A stretch of DNA of 64,000 nucleotides from a virus. The translations under genes were made by a program, and so were the position numbers. Positions 60,783-64,000 of this stretch are shown here, piece by piece. Position 1 is the first letter of the stretch. Every line of letters begins with the position of its first letter. The notes below the pieces were generated by a model that was not told the origin of the DNA, did not search any database, and was given only the letters and a program-made list of their open reading frames with translations. The DNA lies in the IMG/VR virus record IMGVR_UViG_3300032242_000738, positions 1 through 64,000 of that record. One strand, given 5' to 3'.

Positions 60783-61289
60783 ATGAAAACAGACAAATAC
60801 GGACAATTAATATATAATCAAGATGATTTATGTAATCTGTTTTTACAAGATCCAACACGCACTATCAGTAACGCCTTAGTAGATAGACCAATAGAATTTA
60901 ATGGGTTTCTATCATTAGAAAACGTTCCAAATTTAAAAGAATATGTTAATTCAACGTTATCTTTAGAAAAATTTGATAAAATAAATCAATCAAACTGGCA
61001 TATGCCCATAGAATACTATGAGCTAGATATTGCTAAATGGGTGTTAGATCAATGTAAAGATGAAAGTGAATTGCAACGTGCAGGTGATGAACTGATTAAG
61101 TTCCAAGAACGTAATATGTTTGTATTGCTTCAATATTTAAAATATTTGGTTGATACAATGCGTAAACATAACATAGTATGGGGTGTAGGTCGCGGTAGTA
61201 GTGTAGCAAGTTTTGTATTGTTTATTATAGGAATACACCGTATAAATAGTTTATATTACCAATTAGATATTGGTGAGTTTTTAAAATAA
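60783..61289 (+). CDS. miniature DnaE (Pol III alpha)-like N-terminal palm fragment
   Basis: R...EL, VWGVGRGSSVAS.VLF.IGI, ends LDIGEFLK. Confidence 0.8.
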   Translation: MKTDKYGQLIYNQDDLCNLFLQDPTRTISNALVDRPIEFNGFLSLENVPNLKEYVNSTLSLEKFDKINQSNWHMPIEYYELDIAKWVLDQCKDESELQRAGDELIKFQERNMFVLLQYLKYLVDTMRKHNIVWGVGRGSSVASFVLFIIGIHRINSLYYQLDIGEFLK

Positions 61290-61298
61290 GGAAATAAT

Positions 61299-61679
61299 AT
61301 GGCTAATTACAGAACAGCAATGGGTAAAAACGTTGACATGGCAGCACTAACTGCTAAAAATGAAAAAACCAGAGCAGTGGGAAATATGAAAGTTAATGCA
61401 CGTGGTGATTCTATTGATGCAAATGGACATATTGTGCAAACTGCAACAACTAAGGTCAATAATGCATATAACAGAACTGTGGGCAATCGTTCAGCACAAC
61501 CTGTACGAGCAAGACCATCAGCTCCGGCTCCTACGCCACCTAAGCCGTCAATTGATTTGTCACAACTAAATGAAATTGAACGTGAACTAGAAGAATCATT
61601 GGAAGATGATTTGGAAATTGAAAAGATCAAAGCACAAGAAGTTGAAAAAATTAAAACACAGGAAAACAAAAAGAAATGA
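61299..61679 (+). CDS. hypothetical protein
   Basis: RAVGNMKVNARGD motif, SD AAGGA. Confidence 0.7.
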   Translation: MANYRTAMGKNVDMAALTAKNEKTRAVGNMKVNARGDSIDANGHIVQTATTKVNNAYNRTVGNRSAQPVRARPSAPAPTPPKPSIDLSQLNEIERELEESLEDDLEIEKIKAQEVEKIKTQENKKK

Positions 61680-62053
61680 GTGATTACAGTAAACCGGCAT
61701 TTAGCCCCACCAAAGTTGATAAATTAACATTCTTCAATAAAGATATCATTGTAACTGATATGAAGTTTGACCAACGTGTAACTTCAGGTGGTATTATATT
61801 GTTGGACGATGACAAGAAAAGTTCGGGTATTCGTCCAAGATGGGCTAAGATTTATGGTTTGGGTCCAGAACAAGATGACCCACAATTAAGTATTGGAAAA
61901 TATATCCTTATCAGTCACGGTCGTTGGACACGTGGAATTACTGTTGAAACACCAGAGGGCAAATTGACGTTGCGAAAAGTAGATCCTAATGATATACTAC
62001 TAGTATCGGATGAGCCGATGGACGATGAAACATTAAGCGATAAGGTATACTAA
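61676..62053 (+). CDS. GroES-like co-chaperonin
   Basis: TSGGIIL, G.GP, DIL motifs. Confidence 0.75.
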   Translation: MSDYSKPAFSPTKVDKLTFFNKDIIVTDMKFDQRVTSGGIILLDDDKKSSGIRPRWAKIYGLGPEQDDPQLSIGKYILISHGRWTRGITVETPEGKLTLRKVDPNDILLVSDEPMDDETLSDKVY

Positions 62054-62346
62054 TGAAAAGCTGGATTAGACAAAAATTACATAATTTTATATTCCCACAC
62101 GATAATGAGGTTGTGGAAACTAAAACTCATAGAAGAGGTGCTATTGTTTCTTCTAGATCCTCACATATTGATAGTAGAGGTATGAACTTTACAATACATA
62201 TGGCTAATGGCGGGTATGTGTTAGAGTACTCAACATACAATGAAAAAACAGACAGGCACGATACCGCACTACACATCATTACTTCTGATACAGATTTGGG
62301 TCAAGGTATTGCACACGTTATCACACTAGAAATGCTAAGAAAATGA
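62053..62346 (+). CDS. hypothetical protein
   Basis: 97-aa coupled ORF. Confidence 0.65.
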   Translation: MKSWIRQKLHNFIFPHDNEVVETKTHRRGAIVSSRSSHIDSRGMNFTIHMANGGYVLEYSTYNEKTDRHDTALHIITSDTDLGQGIAHVITLEMLRK

Positions 62347-63266
62347 ACAAGAAACTTTGGGTAGAATCATACAGACCACAAACAGTACAAGATTATGTAT
62401 TTGTGGATGATAGACAAAAAGATCAGGTAGAAGGTTGGGTACGTGATGGTAGTATTCCACATCTGTTACTATCAGGTGATCCGGGTACTGGTAAAACAAC
62501 ACTTGCTAAAGTATTGATACATGAACTTGATGTAAGTGAATATGATGTATTAGAAATCAATGCAAGTCGTGAGAATAGCGTTGATGTTGTGCGTAATAAG
62601 ATTGTTAACTTTGTACAAACAATGCCCTTTGGTAATTTCAAAGTGGTATTACTAGATGAAGCAGATTATTTGACACCAGCTGGTCAAGCGGCATTGCGTA
62701 ACGATATGGAAGCATATCACATGACCGCACGATTTATATTAACTTGTAACTATCAACATAGGATTATCCCTGCATTGAAGTCACGCTGCCATGAGTTTCA
62801 CATTACAAAAACAGATAAAACAGAGTTCACTGCGAGAGCGGCAACTGTGTTAGTAAGTGAAAACATTGAGTTTGATTTAGATGATTTAGATAGTTATGTT
62901 CGTGCTACATATCCAGACTTACGTAAATGTCTAAATCAATTACAAGTTAATAGTAGTACAGGTAAACTATTACCACCACAAACACAAGGTAGTAGTGAAG
63001 ATGAGTTATTAGTAGAAGCAACTAATCTATTCAAAGCAGGTAAGATACTTGAAGGTAGACAGCAACTATTGCAATATATTGCATTGTATCCTACACGTAT
63101 TGAAGATACATATGCATGGATGTATCAGAATTTAGATTTGTGGGGTAAGTCTAATGAAAAGCGTGATGCCAGTATTATTGTTATTAGAAATGGTTTAGCT
63201 AATCTAAGCTTAGTGGGTATTCCCGAGATAAGTTTGGCAGCCACATTGGTAGAATTAACAAGTTAA
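62343..63266 (+). CDS. gp44: clamp loader large subunit (gp44/RFC-like)
   Basis: WVESYRP, GDPGTGKTT, INAS, LDEAD, SRC, PDLR. Confidence 0.92.
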   Translation: MNKKLWVESYRPQTVQDYVFVDDRQKDQVEGWVRDGSIPHLLLSGDPGTGKTTLAKVLIHELDVSEYDVLEINASRENSVDVVRNKIVNFVQTMPFGNFKVVLLDEADYLTPAGQAALRNDMEAYHMTARFILTCNYQHRIIPALKSRCHEFHITKTDKTEFTARAATVLVSENIEFDLDDLDSYVRATYPDLRKCLNQLQVNSSTGKLLPPQTQGSSEDELLVEATNLFKAGKILEGRQQLLQYIALYPTRIEDTYAWMYQNLDLWGKSNEKRDASIIVIRNGLANLSLVGIPEISLAATLVELTS

Positions 63267-63276
63267 AGGAAACAAA

Positions 63277-64000
63277 ATGATTAAAAATATATTAATAGGA
63301 ATATTGATTAGTGTAGCATTGATAGCTAAGGCAGAAGATGCACCAACAACATTACTAAACTCTGGTACTATAAGCCCTTATAAGGCTCATCGTGGTGGAA
63401 TATTCTTAGCACCAGACTTTCTAGCTATTATTCCAGGAGATACAAAACTTGACATAAGTACTCAGTCTTGGGTAGATTCTTCAAACAATACAATTGTTCT
63501 TTCAAAGATGCCATATGTCAGTGGTACTAAGTATGCTAAAGACTATGCAAAAGAAGGCAGTGTTTTTACTGTAACCACTGATAACAGGTATCGTTATTTT
63601 AAAGGTAACGGATTACCATCAACACCAATGGGAGAGTATCCTGTACAACAAGGTACCGAAGCATATAAGTATTATAGTGTTGCACCCGGTGGACATGATT
63701 TTAGAACAGGCATTCCTGGTTCAGACTATTCTAGTGCTGCCGCTATTGGCATTAGTCCTTATAACTTAACAGTTCAATTACCAAAACATCCTAAGGCAGC
63801 TATTACCCCAAATCCAATTGCTTCATTGCCAATTGGTGTAACACTAACTGGTACTGTGTGGCATTTTGAACTAGCAAATGCTAGCGGTACTGCATGGTAT
63901 AATCCAACTTCATTATTGCCAATTGACCAATGTTGGGGGCATCCTTATGCTCAACAATATCACCTACATGGCTATTCATGGAAGTGTTTCCCTAATCAAG
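63277..64000 (+). CDS. exported YHYH-domain-like protein (runs off window)
   Basis: Signal-like MIKNILIGILISVALIAKA; GNGLP, IGVTLTG, DQCWGHP..QYHLHG; absent from ORF track because no stop. Confidence 0.7.
   Translation, partial: MIKNILIGILISVALIAKAEDAPTTLLNSGTISPYKAHRGGIFLAPDFLAIIPGDTKLDISTQSWVDSSNNTIVLSKMPYVSGTKYAKDYAKEGSVFTVTTDNRYRYFKGNGLPSTPMGEYPVQQGTEAYKYYSVAPGGHDFRTGIPGSDYSSAAAIGISPYNLTVQLPKHPKAAITPNPIASLPIGVTLTGTVWHFELANASGTAWYNPTSLLPIDQCWGHPYAQQYHLHGYSWKCFPNQ

Noticed and set aside
1-64000. Stop-codon reassignment, tRNAs, integrase or transposase
   Set aside because: Core genes are full length in the standard code; no cloverleaf or recombinase motif seen by eye (a tRNA scan was not run)

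Overview
A 64-kb, AT-rich, gene-dense segment of a large T4-related (myovirus-type) dsDNA phage read with the standard genetic code; most genes are on the + strand. It carries recombination/replication genes (gp32 SSB, UvsX, UvsY, UvsW, primase, gp41 helicase, clamp-loader subunits gp62 and gp44, exonucleases, dNMP kinase), virion genes (neck gp13/gp14, gp15, sheath gp18, tube gp19, gp4, small terminase, baseplate and fibre proteins, GH19 endolysin) and auxiliary genes (IscA, MazG-like, Nudix, GroES-like, YHYH protein). Two promoter classes are visible: sigma70-type TTGACA-17-TATAAT and a T4-late-like (G/C)(A/T)TAAATA. The strongest candidate for an unusual system is a miniaturised C-family (DnaE-like) polymerase split into two genes about 47 kb apart whose ends abut in the DnaE sequence, coupled to a DEDDh exonuclease. 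Other notable items: an R-M-like pair next to uvsY, an array of promoter-repeat gene cassettes, seven tandem F-x-L-R-W paralogues, putative capsid-packaged cargo (an RNA-ligase-like protein and a ParB-GNAT-ParB polyprotein), two beta-propeller cassettes sharing an N-terminal peptide, an RBS-sequestering hairpin enclosing a late promoter, and a three-hairpin 5' leader. All assignments come from motifs read by eye; no database search was run.
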